A stretch of 33,932 nucleotides of DNA from Clostridia bacterium (GTDB lineage: Bacteria; Bacillota; Clostridia; Christensenellales; UBA1242), in the NCBI GenBank assembly GCA_028702545.1, contig JAQVOQ010000001.1, positions 1 through 33,932 of the forward strand, in the 5' to 3' direction. The notes beneath the pieces were generated by a model, which saw only the letters and a list, made by a program, of their open reading frames with translations, had not been told where the DNA came from and did not search any database. Position numbers and translations under genes: made by a program. This document shows positions 1-8,661 of this stretch, one piece after another. Each line of letters begins with the position of its first letter. The stretch's first letter is position 1.

Positions 1-80
1 ACACTCTTTTTAACGCTGCGCGACACGCCCGATGCCGTGTGTGTCGGGGAACATCAAGTAAACCGTTTTGCCCTTAAAAA
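1..80. other. GC-rich, hairpin-forming segment at the window edge. Possibly part of a structured RNA or leader (unassigned).
   Basis: The composition of 'gctgcgcgacacgcccgatgccgtgtgtgtcgggg' contrasts sharply with the AT-rich surroundings. Two alternative stems are possible: cgacac/gtgtcg and cccga/tcggg. The only open frame uses GC-rich Arg/Cys codons unlike every other gene here, so coding is unlikely. Confidence 0.25.
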
Positions 81-107
81 ATAGCTTTAATAATAGTGAA
101 AAAATTA

Positions 108-305
108 TTAAATAGTTTTATTTTTTAAACGATCTGATTTAATTTGTTTTTTAAAAAATTCTTTTTTTGATAAAAATAATATTAAACTAATTGTTCCGCC
201 TACAAAAAATGAAATGATAAAAGCAATTAAATTAAGTCTTACCAACGTTGCTAAAATTATTAACCAAACCGTTAATATAATTAAAATCTTGTCATATTTA
301 CTCAT
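108..305 (-). CDS. small hypothetical membrane protein (two predicted TM helices)
   Basis: 65-aa ORF. An RBS-like AAGAGG lies upstream of the ATG. Two hydrophobic stretches (ILIILTVWLIILATLV and IAFIISFFVGGTISLILFL) are followed by a basic tail. Confidence 0.45.
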   Translation of the reverse strand: MSKYDKILIILTVWLIILATLVRLNLIAFIISFFVGGTISLILFLSKKEFFKKQIKSDRLKNKTI

Positions 306-423
306 TCAAAATACCTCTTTACTAATTTATAGTTATATTTTATAAAAAAAAGTTACAATACAAAAATTATTATGACAAAATATTATAAAAACTATGTATT
401 ATTATGTAGTTTTTGCAATAAAT

Positions 424-455
424 AAAAAAGAAAACAATTATTTGTTTTCTTTTTT
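424..455 (-). terminator. Rho-independent terminator downstream of the divIVA-like gene (palindromic, could act in both directions)
   Basis: Perfect 14-bp stem aaaaaagaaaacaa / ttgttttctttttt with loop ttat. The U-run lies in the 3' arm. Confidence 0.6.
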
Positions 456-464
456 ATTTAAATT

Positions 465-1427
465 TTAATTTTTGCCATCGTTATCATCATCTTCAAAAAA
501 ATTAAAAGCCTTCATAATTTCACCTAAGTCTTCAGTTGGGTTTAATGCTTCCTTTAAGTCAAAGCCCGTTTCATTAGGCTCAGGGTAACCTGCGGCATTT
601 CGTTTTCGTTTTTTAGTAAGTTGTTTGCCGTATGCATTATTTGCAAAACTCTCACTCTCTATATTGTTTACGCTTAAATATTTATCTACTAAATTGTCGT
701 AATCATCTTCTTTGGTTAAAGTAATGTTAGTTATGGGTTTAATTATAGATTTTACGTCACCTAATCTTTTTTCTTCAAGTAAGAAATCATTTTTTACTTT
801 TGTTTTTTCAGCACTTGCTAAACTTGGTCTTTCTGCTCTTTTAATTTGTTTAATTGGGTTTGGCACTTTTATTTCAAAATTGTTAGGTTTTGAAATATAA
901 TTCGTCGGCCTCATGTTTGAATTTCCAACTTTAGATGAACTCATTTTATTAAGCAAGCTCTGAATACCTTCTCTTGCTTTTTCATTATTTGAGCGTTTGA
1001 CACTTTGCATTGAGCTAAAATTTTCTTCAATTGTTTTATCTATCGCTTGAGCAAAACCTTTTAAAATAATTTGTGGGTCAAAATTTTCTTTCATATTTGG
1101 ATTTTTTAATAGCATTTCATTCAAAAAACTTTCCCATTTATTATATAAAAGCCTTAATTTTTTAATTTCTAACTCGTAAATGTCTTTTGAATTTTTTTCA
1201 ATTTCTTGTGCTGTTTCAACAGCAGCAATAAGAGCCCCTGATATATTTTTATCTTTGCTCTTATATTTTATTAATTCTTCTTTTGCTTCTAGCGCTTCTC
1301 GTTTTAATTCGTCAATTCGGTATTTTTGCTGTGATAATTTAACTTCATAATCTTCAACTAAACTATCAACGGTTTTTTGAACCTCATCCCTGTTGTAACC
1401 TTTTTTTTCTATACTAAAGTCTTGCAT
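465..1427 (-). CDS. divIVA: DivIVA-domain protein
   Basis: The N-terminus 'FSIEKKGYNRDEVQKTVDSL' fits the DivIVA/GpsB signature (F..x.RGY..xEVD.FLD). A coiled-coil-like region follows (ELKREALEAKEEL). An AGGAG RBS overlaps the lgt stop. Confidence 0.7.
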   Translation of the reverse strand: MQDFSIEKKGYNRDEVQKTVDSLVEDYEVKLSQQKYRIDELKREALEAKEELIKYKSKDKNISGALIAAVETAQEIEKNSKDIYELEIKKLRLLYNKWESFLNEMLLKNPNMKENFDPQIILKGFAQAIDKTIEENFSSMQSVKRSNNEKAREGIQSLLNKMSSSKVGNSNMRPTNYISKPNNFEIKVPNPIKQIKRAERPSLASAEKTKVKNDFLLEEKRLGDVKSIIKPITNITLTKEDDYDNLVDKYLSVNNIESESFANNAYGKQLTKKRKRNAAGYPEPNETGFDLKEALNPTEDLGEIMKAFNFFEDDDNDGKN

Positions 1428-1438
1428 CTACATAACTC

Positions 1439-2206
1439 CTAATTTTTTATTGCTTTTTGTTTTTTATAATAATAAACGAATAATGCTACTCCAAAAAGTA
1501 CTAACACTATGCTAAGCACTTGACTAACTCTTAAACTAGTGTCGCCTATGTATAAACTATCTGTCCTAAGTCCCTCTATTAAAAATCTGCCTATTCCGTA
1601 ATATACAAGATAAAATGAAGTTATAAAGCCTTTTTTATCAGTTTTTAAAAAGATTAAAATAATCATAACAAATCCAATCAAATTCCACATACTCTCATAA
1701 AAGAATGTTGCCATGTGCCAAGCTCCTTCGGCATCTATAAACACTGCATAAGGAAACCATTGCAAATTAATATCCGTTACAAGTGGTCCAAAAGCTTCTT
1801 GGTTAAAGAAATTTCCCCACCTACCTAAAACTTGGCCTAAAATAAGTGCTGGCACGACTAAATCTGTTAATTTTATCGTATCTATTTTTTTAACTTTTCC
1901 ATAAATGTATAGTGCTATAAATCCACCTATAACGCCTCCATAAATAGCTAAGCCACCATTTTGAAGTGCAAACATTTCAGAGAATGTCCATGCCCTGCCA
2001 CTAAATAATATATAGTATAGCCTTGAACCAATTATAGACAAAGGAAAAACAATAATAACTAAATCATAAGGTAAATCTTTTTTATATCCTTTTCTCTTAG
2101 CAAAAAATGCTACTAAGAAAAGACCTATTATAAAGCCTAAAGCGATAATTAAACCATAAAACTTAACTTCAATTACTGAAATAGTAAAACCGTTTGGCAT
2201 AAACAC
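1439..2206 (-). CDS. lgt: prolipoprotein diacylglyceryl transferase
   Basis: Polytopic membrane protein with the Lgt signature 'GRWGNFFNQEAFG' (compare E. coli GRLGNFINGELWG). Confidence 0.9.
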   Translation of the reverse strand: MFMPNGFTISVIEVKFYGLIIALGFIIGLFLVAFFAKRKGYKKDLPYDLVIIVFPLSIIGSRLYYILFSGRAWTFSEMFALQNGGLAIYGGVIGGFIALYIYGKVKKIDTIKLTDLVVPALILGQVLGRWGNFFNQEAFGPLVTDINLQWFPYAVFIDAEGAWHMATFFYESMWNLIGFVMIILIFLKTDKKGFITSFYLVYYGIGRFLIEGLRTDSLYIGDTSLRVSQVLSIVLVLFGVALFVYYYKKQKAIKN

Positions 2207-2333
2207 TCCTTTTACCTAAACTAATAAAATTATAGTGGTTTAGTGTTTTAATGTCAATAAAACGACTAAAACAAAAAATAATTAAATAATATATTTTATT
2301 ATTGTTTTTAATTTTCGGCACAATATTACAAAA

Positions 2334-2353
2334 AAAAGAGGTTGCCCTCTTTT
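2334..2353 (-). terminator. Rho-independent terminator after the 318-aa gene
   Basis: Stem aaaagagg / cctctttt with loop ttgc. On the minus strand a U-run follows it. Confidence 0.6.
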
Positions 2354-2378
2354 TATAATGTGCTTTATTGTCCTATTT

Positions 2379-3335
2379 TTATAATGTATTTTCTGGAATT
2401 TCTTGATTTTGCTCTTGTTGAGAATTATCTTTACTAGTTTTTTGATTAGCCTTTGCTAGTTTTTCATAATCTCTAGCTAATTTTTCTAGCTCACTTCTTG
2501 AAAAGTCTTTTTGTTGCCTTTGTTCTTTGCCATCTTTAACAAGCGTTTGACTTATGCTTAGTGGATATGAGTCGTTTTTTGTAGTAGCTAGCAAATCATT
2601 AAGCATTAATGCGCTAGCTGAATAAAATATGTCTTTATCTTTAGCGTTTAAATATTCTATTGGTTGGTCAGCTGTTTTACTTGTATAAACATTTAATCTG
2701 TTAAATACAAAATTATTATCCTTTGCTTTATACTTCACGTCTTTTTCTTGTGCTAATTTTTCAAAATAATCCTTTGCCTTTAAACTGCTAGTATGAATCA
2801 TAGAAAAATCATTTAATCTGTGGTTATATCTATTCAAATTTACATATTCTTTTGCAGAATAAGATTTATTTTGTTTATTTGCTACTCGTTCAATCTGTTC
2901 AGGAATCCTTCTAGTATGATTTCCGCGTAAAGATTGGTAATATGGCGCCCTATATTCAACATCTTGCTCGTCTAAATATCTAGATCTTTTTTCAATTGCT
3001 TTAAGCCTTTTATTTTTTGCTCTTTCTGAAAGTCCTTTTTTTGTATATAATTTAGGAAATCTTCTTTGCAAAAATCTTTGAAAAGCGTTTAATTTTTTTC
3101 TATTTCTATGTCTTTCTGAATGTTTTCCGAGTTTTCTACCCGCTGACAACTCTTTGTCATATTGTTCAACTATATTACGATTATATTTTCTGTTTGCACT
3201 AGGACGAATTGTTCTATAGCCTTTTTTAGCAGCTTTTGTTAAAATTTTGTATGCAATAAAGCCGCCGACTGCCATTGCAGCGACTGGGAAAGCCCATAAG
3301 CCTAATATTTGCCATATAGTAAATGATGCTGGCAT
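2379..3335 (-). CDS. hypothetical membrane-anchored, highly basic protein
   Basis: 318-aa ORF with an AGGAGG RBS upstream. It has an N-terminal TM segment (ILGLWAFPVAAMAVGGFIAYKIL), an Arg/Lys-rich body and a Gln-rich C-terminus. No family was recognised. Confidence 0.5.
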   Translation of the reverse strand: MPASFTIWQILGLWAFPVAAMAVGGFIAYKILTKAAKKGYRTIRPSANRKYNRNIVEQYDKELSAGRKLGKHSERHRNRKKLNAFQRFLQRRFPKLYTKKGLSERAKNKRLKAIEKRSRYLDEQDVEYRAPYYQSLRGNHTRRIPEQIERVANKQNKSYSAKEYVNLNRYNHRLNDFSMIHTSSLKAKDYFEKLAQEKDVKYKAKDNNFVFNRLNVYTSKTADQPIEYLNAKDKDIFYSASALMLNDLLATTKNDSYPLSISQTLVKDGKEQRQQKDFSRSELEKLARDYEKLAKANQKTSKDNSQQEQNQEIPENTL

Positions 3336-3431
3336 ATATACATACCTCCTAAGAGTTAATTTTTTTGCTCTTTTGTTTTATACAATAAATATACCACTTT
3401 TACATATGTATGTCAATACCTAAACTTTTAA

Positions 3432-3458
3432 AAAATCGCCTTATTTTAAAGCGATTTT
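3432..3458 (-). terminator. Rho-independent terminator of the mazEF-like operon
   Basis: Stem aaaatcgc / gcgatttt overlaps the mazF stop. On the minus strand UUUUU follows. Confidence 0.55.
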
Positions 3459-3798
3459 ATAAGTAACCTAAACTAATAAGCATTGCGTTATTAACTTGCT
3501 CCATTTTATCTATGCCGAGCATACCTATATGCTCTTGCAGACGCCTTTTGTCTATTGTGCGAATTTGTTCTAGTAAGATAACAGAATCTTTGGGAAGTCC
3601 ATAACTCTCAGCATCAAGTTCTATATGTGTTGGCAACTTCGCTTTGTTTATTTGACTAGTAATTGCAGCGACTATAACAGTTGGACTATATTTATTACCT
3701 ATGTCATTTTGCAGTATTAAAACAGGTCTAACTCCTCCCTGTTCGCTACCTATAACGGGGCTTAAATCCGCATAATATAGTTCGCCTCTTTTAATCAT
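3457..3798 (-). CDS. mazF: MazF/EndoA (PemK family) mRNA interferase toxin
   Basis: Close to B. subtilis EndoA/NdoA along its length: '[26 protein letters not shown]', '[17 protein letters not shown]', '[17 protein letters not shown]'. Confidence 0.93.
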   Translation of the reverse strand: MIKRGELYYADLSPVIGSEQGGVRPVLILQNDIGNKYSPTVIVAAITSQINKAKLPTHIELDAESYGLPKDSVILLEQIRTIDKRRLQEHIGMLGIDKMEQVNNAMLISLGYL

Positions 3799-4046
3799 TA
3801 CCTCTCGTCACTCTCCATTAACCATTTTTCATATCTTTCAAGGTCTTCTTTGTCTATTTGTTGAAACTCCTCATTTAATTCTATACAGCAATCCAAATTG
3901 CCTTGCTCGGCAAAATATTTTGAGTATGCAAGTTCCAACTCATCCTGTGACATTTTATGCAAATGCCCTCTCAAATTGTGATTAATGCTGGTTCTTTTAA
4001 CTCTATTTTGCAAACTGTTAGAATATTTAGATAGTTTTTTAGACAT
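3798..4046 (-). CDS. putative MazE-like antitoxin
   Basis: 82-aa ORF directly upstream of mazF with a 1-nt TAATG stop/start overlap, implying translational coupling. It has an acidic C-terminal half. '[22 protein letters not shown]' loosely resembles the toxin-binding tails of Firmicute MazE/EndoAI. Confidence 0.55.
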   Translation of the reverse strand: MSKKLSKYSNSLQNRVKRTSINHNLRGHLHKMSQDELELAYSKYFAEQGNLDCCIELNEEFQQIDKEDLERYEKWLMESDER

Positions 4047-4095
4047 AACATTTATCTCCTATTTTTAGTGTTTTTAAACATAAAATTTAATAAAA

Positions 4096-4120
4096 AAAAC
4101 TATTATCTATTAATAGTTTT
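4096..4120 (-). terminator. Rho-independent terminator after acpS
   Basis: 10-bp stem aaaactatta / taatagtttt with loop tctat. On the minus strand a run of eight U follows. Confidence 0.6.
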
Positions 4121-4141
4121 CTGATTTATTTTGTGTAACAA

Positions 4142-4507
4142 TTAGTTAATTATACAAATAGCTGTCGCCGTTTTTTTTGTATGAGTTATGCTTATGCTTA
4201 TTTCTTCTATCTTATGGTCTATTAATTTATCCGCTAGCCCATTGTCTAAATTAATATAAGGTGCACCATTATTATTATGATTAACTTCAATAAGTTTTAA
4301 ACTAATGCCTGCACCTATACCTATTTTAAGTGCCTTTAAAAATGCCTCTTTTGCTGCAAAAATACCCGCTATAGTTTCAAACTTAGTAACATTTTTGCCC
4401 ATTACATAGCTTATCTCATACTCGCTAAAATATTTAGTTAAAAAACTTTCAAAATTTTTCATTTTGGCAAATCTTTTTACCAGAACGCTATCTATTCCGA
4501 CTCTCAT
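4142..4507 (-). CDS. acpS: holo-[acyl-carrier-protein] synthase
   Basis: 'VGIDSV..KRF', 'AGIFAAKEAFLKALKIGIG', 'NGAPY' and 'ISITHTK' parallel B. subtilis AcpS (GIGLDI, AAKEAFSKAFGTGIG, NGKPY, VSITHT). Confidence 0.85.
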   Translation of the reverse strand: MRVGIDSVLVKRFAKMKNFESFLTKYFSEYEISYVMGKNVTKFETIAGIFAAKEAFLKALKIGIGAGISLKLIEVNHNNNGAPYINLDNGLADKLIDHKIEEISISITHTKKTATAICIIN

Positions 4508-4509
4508 AA

Positions 4510-5115
4510 TTATTCCTCATATCCTTTTAAAAAAGGTTTTATCTCATCATAACTAAAACCCCTTCTCATTAAAAATGCGTAAAGTTTTGTCATTGTTTTT
4601 GATGATTTTTCTTTATTCTTCATATATTTTTGAACTAGTTCCTTAACTACTTCATCTTGCTCCTCAAGGTTACTTAACACTTCATCAATAATTTTTATAC
4701 CAACACCTTTTAACAAAAGCTCTTGTTTTAGTCTTTTTTTGCCTTTTGAGTGACAATATGCAAGTACATAATTTTTTGCAAAAAGTTCATCATTTATATA
4801 ATTGTATTCTTTTAATTTTGCAATAACATAATCTATTGTTTTTTGACCGTAATATTTATCGGACAAATAAGTTTGTATTTGTTTTTGAGTTTTTTGTCTT
4901 TTGCTTATTAAATTTAAAACTTTGTTAAACGCCATTTGTTTTTCGCTTTCAAACTGTAAAAGCGTTAACTCATCTTGTTCTATATCATCTCCCACTTTAA
5001 GTGAGTGTTTTATAACAGTTTCAGCTTGTAGTCCGCAAAAAAACTCACCATCTAAATGAACATTCACACGCTCTTTATTTTTTGTTTGCAATTTTAACTG
5101 AGTAATTTTTGACAT
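4510..5115 (-). CDS. recX: recombination regulator RecX
   Basis: ~200 aa. An N-terminal 'ERVNVHLDGEFFCGL...' beta region is followed by repeated three-helix modules ('RQKTQKQIQTYL', 'YINDELFAKNYV', 'KGKKRLKQELLLKGV') typical of RecX. Confidence 0.75.
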   Translation of the reverse strand: MSKITQLKLQTKNKERVNVHLDGEFFCGLQAETVIKHSLKVGDDIEQDELTLLQFESEKQMAFNKVLNLISKRQKTQKQIQTYLSDKYYGQKTIDYVIAKLKEYNYINDELFAKNYVLAYCHSKGKKRLKQELLLKGVGIKIIDEVLSNLEEQDEVVKELVQKYMKNKEKSSKTMTKLYAFLMRRGFSYDEIKPFLKGYEE

Positions 5116-5117
5116 TT

Positions 5118-5720
5118 TTATTCCTTTATACTGTTTAGAATATAATAACCCTTGTCACGCTCTAATATTTGGCAATTGCCAAACGCTTCTTCTAGCGCCA
5201 ACTTTATACTATCTTTGCCGTGAGATTTTTTTATTACCAAAATTATTTGTCCGCCCTCTTCCAATCTTTCAACCGACTGGCTAATTAAGTTTAGCAATAC
5301 TTGTTTGCCAACCTTAATCGGTGGGTTAGTTATAATAAAATCAAACTTGCCTTCAACTTTTTCAAATAAATCACTGTTTATCACTTCAATATTTTCTGCT
5401 TTATTTAAATAAATATTTTGTTTGCAAAGTCTAATTGCTGTTTTTGTAATATCGCTCATAACAAAATGCGTATCTTTGTAGTGGTCTGCTAAACTTATGC
5501 CAATAGCACCATATCCACAGCCTAAATCTATTGCTCTACTTCCAAGCGTTTTAAAGTTTTTTATAATAGTAGAAATAAGCACTTTTGTGCCATAATCCAC
5601 TTGATTTTTAGAAAAAACATTGTTGCAAGACTGAAAAGTATATTTTTTTTTATTTATATAATCTTCTGTTAAAAAATAATCATCTTCATTTCTTTCTATA
5701 TCTTCAAAATAGTGACTCAT
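5118..5720 (-). CDS. class I SAM-dependent methyltransferase, RsmC/RlmG-like small-domain family
   Basis: Motif I 'DLGCGYGAIGISLA' and motif IV 'FIITNPPI' (an NPP-type N-methyltransferase). The ATGA start overlaps the upstream gene's stop. Confidence 0.75.
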   Translation of the reverse strand: MSHYFEDIERNEDDYFLTEDYINKKKYTFQSCNNVFSKNQVDYGTKVLISTIIKNFKTLGSRAIDLGCGYGAIGISLADHYKDTHFVMSDITKTAIRLCKQNIYLNKAENIEVINSDLFEKVEGKFDFIITNPPIKVGKQVLLNLISQSVERLEEGGQIILVIKKSHGKDSIKLALEEAFGNCQILERDKGYYILNSIKE

Positions 5721-6337
5721 TTTTTCTCCTTTAATATTGTTTTTATAAAATTTAATTCAACCTCTTTGTTAAAAATATTATTTAAAAATTCTTGTAAAAG
5801 ATTTTTATTTTCTTCTAAAACAACTAAATCAACTATTACTTGCTCGTCATACTGCTTTTTTGTTATTTCAAAAAAATCTGGTTGTTTTATTTTATCTAAA
5901 CTACTCGCCTCGTCATAACTTAATTGCATTTGATACTCTTTCATACTGATGTATTCGCTTATTTTTACGCCCTTCAAACTTTCGCTTGCCGTTTTACCAT
6001 AAGCCCTAATTAACCCGCCAGCACCCAGTTTAATGCCTCCAAAATAGCGAATAACGGCAATTATGATATTGTTTAACTGTTGTTTTTTTATAATGTTTAA
6101 AATTGGTAGCCCAGCAGTGCCAGTCGGTTCATTATCATCAAAACATTTTTCATCATTTTTTTCTAGAATATAGCCGTAGCAAATATGATTTGCACCTGAA
6201 TAATGACTTTTTAATTTATCTAAAAAATTTTGCACCTGCTCTTTTGTATTAACATGTGCACATATGCCTATAAATTTACTTTTTTTAATAATAAGCTCGG
6301 CATTATTCTCCGAGCTTATCGTTTTATAAAAATTCAC
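5717..6337 (-). CDS. YigZ / IMPACT (UPF0029) family protein
   Basis: 'IIKKSKFIGICAHV', 'HICYGYIL', 'DDNEPTGTAGLPIL' and 'VIRYFGGIKLGAGGLIRAYG' are family hallmarks. The GTG start lies immediately after the tyrS stop. Confidence 0.8.
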   Translation of the reverse strand: MNFYKTISSENNAELIIKKSKFIGICAHVNTKEQVQNFLDKLKSHYSGANHICYGYILEKNDEKCFDDNEPTGTAGLPILNIIKKQQLNNIIIAVIRYFGGIKLGAGGLIRAYGKTASESLKGVKISEYISMKEYQMQLSYDEASSLDKIKQPDFFEITKKQYDEQVIVDLVVLEENKNLLQEFLNNIFNKEVELNFIKTILKEKK

Positions 6338-7552
6338 TTAAAAATTCACCTTTAAATGTAGTTTTTTGCCCTTGTGGATAACAAAAGTTTTTGCCGTTAG
6401 TTCATCTTGAGTTAAACCCTCATCAAAGTTTAATATAATTCGCCCATCAATTCTAACAGCTCTTGCTTCAATTAAAGTTCTTGCTTGACTTTTGCTTTTG
6501 CAAATATTGGTTAAAACCAGAATTTCAATTATGCTCTCGTCCCCCGTTAAAACTAACTTCACGCTCGGCATATTTTCAACATTTCCATTTTTAAAAGCTG
6601 CCTCGCTTTGTTTTTGCGCTTCTTTAGCATCTTCCTCGCCATGCAAAAGTTTTACAAACTCATAAGCCAACACTTCTTTTGCAATATTAATTCGTTCATC
6701 TTCAAATTTTGTTAACTCGTCAATTTTTTCTATACTTAAAAAAGTCATTCTTTTTAAATATTCAGCAACTTTGCTATCTTCGGTATTCCTTAAATATTGA
6801 AAAATCTCATAAGGAGTAGTTTTTTGTTTATCTATCCATAAAGCACCTTTTGCACTTTTGCCCATTTTAGTACCATCGGCCTTTAATAATAGAGGAAGAG
6901 TAAGTGCAAACGCTTTTTTAGATTCTTTTCTGCGGATTAAATCAGCGCCCGCTAAAATGTTTGCCCATTGGTCATCTCCACCCATTTGCACACTAATATT
7001 ATACTTTCTGTTTAAATGCAAAAAGTCATAGGCTTGCATCGGCATATAATTAAGTTCTAAAAATGTTAAGCCCTTATCCCAACGGCTTTTAAAACATTCA
7101 AAACCAAGCATTCGGTTTACGCTCATATCAGCACCAATTTCTCTTAACATATCAATATATTTAAGTTTAAGAAGCCAATCGGCATTATTTACAATAACTG
7201 CACTATTTGCACCGCTAAAACTTAAATATTTTTTAAGTTGTCTAGCTATGCTTTTAGAATTAGCCTCTATTTGTTTAGGAGTTAACATACTCCTCATATC
7301 GCTTCTTCCACTAGGGTCGCCGACATAAGCTGTACCGCCACCTATTAAAATATAAGGTTTATGGCCTGCTAATTGCAAGTGCTTCATTAAAAGAATTGGC
7401 AAAAAGTGACCTATTGTCAAACTGTCGGCAGTAGGGTCAAAGCCTGCATAAAAAGAAACCATACCGCTTGATAATTCCTCTTTTAATTCTTCTTCAAAAA
7501 CAACTTGTTTTATAAAGCCTCTTTCTTTTAAAATGTCTAATATATCATCCAT
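6338..7552 (-). CDS. tyrS: tyrosine--tRNA ligase
   Basis: HIGH-type motif 'LTIGH' within 'YAGFDPTADSLTIGHFLP'. KMSKS-type motif 'KMGKS'. C-terminal S4-like domain ('SKSQARTLIEARAVRIDG'). Confidence 0.95.
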   Translation of the reverse strand: MDDILDILKERGFIKQVVFEEELKEELSSGMVSFYAGFDPTADSLTIGHFLPILLMKHLQLAGHKPYILIGGGTAYVGDPSGRSDMRSMLTPKQIEANSKSIARQLKKYLSFSGANSAVIVNNADWLLKLKYIDMLREIGADMSVNRMLGFECFKSRWDKGLTFLELNYMPMQAYDFLHLNRKYNISVQMGGDDQWANILAGADLIRRKESKKAFALTLPLLLKADGTKMGKSAKGALWIDKQKTTPYEIFQYLRNTEDSKVAEYLKRMTFLSIEKIDELTKFEDERINIAKEVLAYEFVKLLHGEEDAKEAQKQSEAAFKNGNVENMPSVKLVLTGDESIIEILVLTNICKSKSQARTLIEARAVRIDGRIILNFDEGLTQDELTAKTFVIHKGKKLHLKVNF

Positions 7553-7640
7553 TCATTTAATCTCCTAGTACATTTATGCCATTAATTATATCATTAACTT
7601 TATAATTAATCAAACATTTAAAGTTTTAAGTTACTCCAAT

Positions 7641-8546
7641 TTAATCAGCTAGTCTATCCTTGCCTAAAAAGAACACACCAATAGCGCCCGGGCCTGTATG
7701 AGCGCCAACTATTGTGCTACACAAACTTACCATAAACTCCGTTATACCTAATCTTTTAATAATTTCTTCTTTTAAAAATTCAACATCATTTAAGCAATCG
7801 CCTTGTGATATATATATAATTTTGTTTATTCCTTTAATTATCTTTTTTTCTATATAGTCTACTAGTGTTTTTATGCTCTTTTTGCGACCCATTGTTTGAC
7901 CTATTTGAATAAGTTTTCCTTCCATATTCATATGAAGCATCGGTTTAACCTGTAAAAGTGAGCCGACAACGGCTTTTTTCTTACTTATTCGTCCACCTCT
8001 TGCTAAATATCCTAAATCATCAAGTGTAAAAAAGTGGCAACACATAGGAATTAAGCGTTTTGCCTCAACTTCTAACTCTTCTATTGTCTTGTCACCCTCT
8101 TTGCTAAACTTTATAAGCATATCAAGTAGCATTCCTTCGCCACCTGCACCAGTAAAAGAATCAAGTTCAATTATTTTATAGTCTTGATTTTCTTTTGTAA
8201 TCAACTTTTCTTTTTCGGCTTCTATTTCTTCTACCGCAAGTAGCACACTACCGTGAGTTCCACTAATGCCTGAACTTGTAGACAAGTGAAAAATATCATA
8301 TCCTTCATTAATTTTTTTAACAAAAAAGCTCTTTGCTACTTCTGGATTTGTTTGACTAGTCTTTGGCACTCCACCTTTACGCATCAAGTCAAATAATGTA
8401 AGTGTAGGAAGTTGTTTGGTTTTTATATCGTCATATTCAATATCATTAATTGTGTAAGCCAGTGGCAAAACCATAACATTATGCTTTTGCGTATATCCCT
8501 CAGGTACATCACATATTTGATCCGTGCTAAATAAAATTTTACGCAT
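7641..8546 (-). CDS. DegV-family fatty-acid-binding protein
   Basis: N-terminus 'ILFSTDQICDVPEGY' (compare DegV 'TDSxxDLP'), 'TSQTNP', 'ISGTHGS' and 'VGAHTGPGAIGVFF'. Confidence 0.85.
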   Translation of the reverse strand: MRKILFSTDQICDVPEGYTQKHNVMVLPLAYTINDIEYDDIKTKQLPTLTLFDLMRKGGVPKTSQTNPEVAKSFFVKKINEGYDIFHLSTSSGISGTHGSVLLAVEEIEAEKEKLITKENQDYKIIELDSFTGAGGEGMLLDMLIKFSKEGDKTIEELEVEAKRLIPMCCHFFTLDDLGYLARGGRISKKKAVVGSLLQVKPMLHMNMEGKLIQIGQTMGRKKSIKTLVDYIEKKIIKGINKIIYISQGDCLNDVEFLKEEIIKRLGITEFMVSLCSTIVGAHTGPGAIGVFFLGKDRLAD

Positions 8547-8661
8547 ATTTCAATCTCCAATTATTTGTTTTATTTATTATAGAACTAAACTAAGTTTTTT
8601 AAAAATTTTTAAATAGTAAAAGATTAATTTTATTTAAATATTCTACAAAAACTACATTTTT

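Noticed and set aside
1-80. The left-edge GC-rich segment as a fragment of 5S/23S rRNA, a tRNA, or the C-terminus of a small zinc-ribbon ribosomal protein.
   Set aside because: There is no T-arm (GGTTCGA) or 5S loop motifs. Partial resemblance to the 23S 3'-terminal helix is not supported by flanking sequence, which is AT-rich and protein-coding. The open + frame (..ARHARCRVCRGTSSKPFCP*) uses CGN/GCG codons foreign to this genome.
7553-7640. Expected a T-box leader upstream of tyrS, the classic T-box-regulated gene in Firmicutes.
   Set aside because: Only 88 nt separate the tyrS start from the degV stop, which is too short for a T-box. No T-box core sequence (..GGUGGUACCGCG..) or terminator/antiterminator is visible.
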